A DNA stretch of 54,018 bases, from NCBI RefSeq assembly GCF_006345805.1, contig NW_021833931.1:1-54018 (forward strand). Direction: 5' to 3'. Numbering within the stretch: the first letter of the stretch is position 1; every line of letters starts with the position of its first letter. The translations under genes were made by a program, and so were the position numbers. The DNA is from Octopus sinensis (lineage: Eukaryota). Under the pieces are notes generated by a model that had not been told where the DNA came from, made no database searches, and saw only the letters and a list, made by a program, of their open reading frames with translations. Positions 53,905 through 54,018 of the stretch are shown one piece after another.

Positions 53905-54018
53905 TGTATGAATAAATGTGTGTGTTTGTACGTATGTTAGTCTGATTATTGTATTATTGCTATTTATTTTTGTCTTCTGTTTTTCCTTAGCAGTTGTGGT
54001 TTATTTTCTTTATCGTCT

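Overview
AT-rich eukaryotic genomic DNA, intronic or intergenic, saturated with microsatellites ((TA)n, (TACA)n, (TCTA)n, (ATT)n, (AGT)n, (GA)n). The repeat families suggest an octopus-like cephalopod; this is an inference from recalled repeat content. No host protein-coding gene is recognisable, and almost all ORFs in the track are microsatellite translation noise. The sequence does support three tRNA-headed SINE families in many copies, several with target-site duplications (TSDs). It also holds two decayed Neptune-type Penelope-like retroelements (PLEs; RT + GIY-YIG) and a third PLE RT fragment, remnants of mariner, hAT and R4/Dong elements, a hAT MITE, two fold-back elements and a recent 1.32-kb tandem duplication. 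The most interesting signal is a set of predicted type I hammerhead ribozymes in small non-coding elements that sit mostly in TA tracts. One is at 656-740, one lies on both strands of a perfect 124-bp inverted repeat (2127-2392), one has a U3:A8 variant core in the 3' end of the long PLE (42380-42431), and a core-deleted remnant lies in a tRNA-headed element (31566-31940). All RNA folds were read by eye and are untested.
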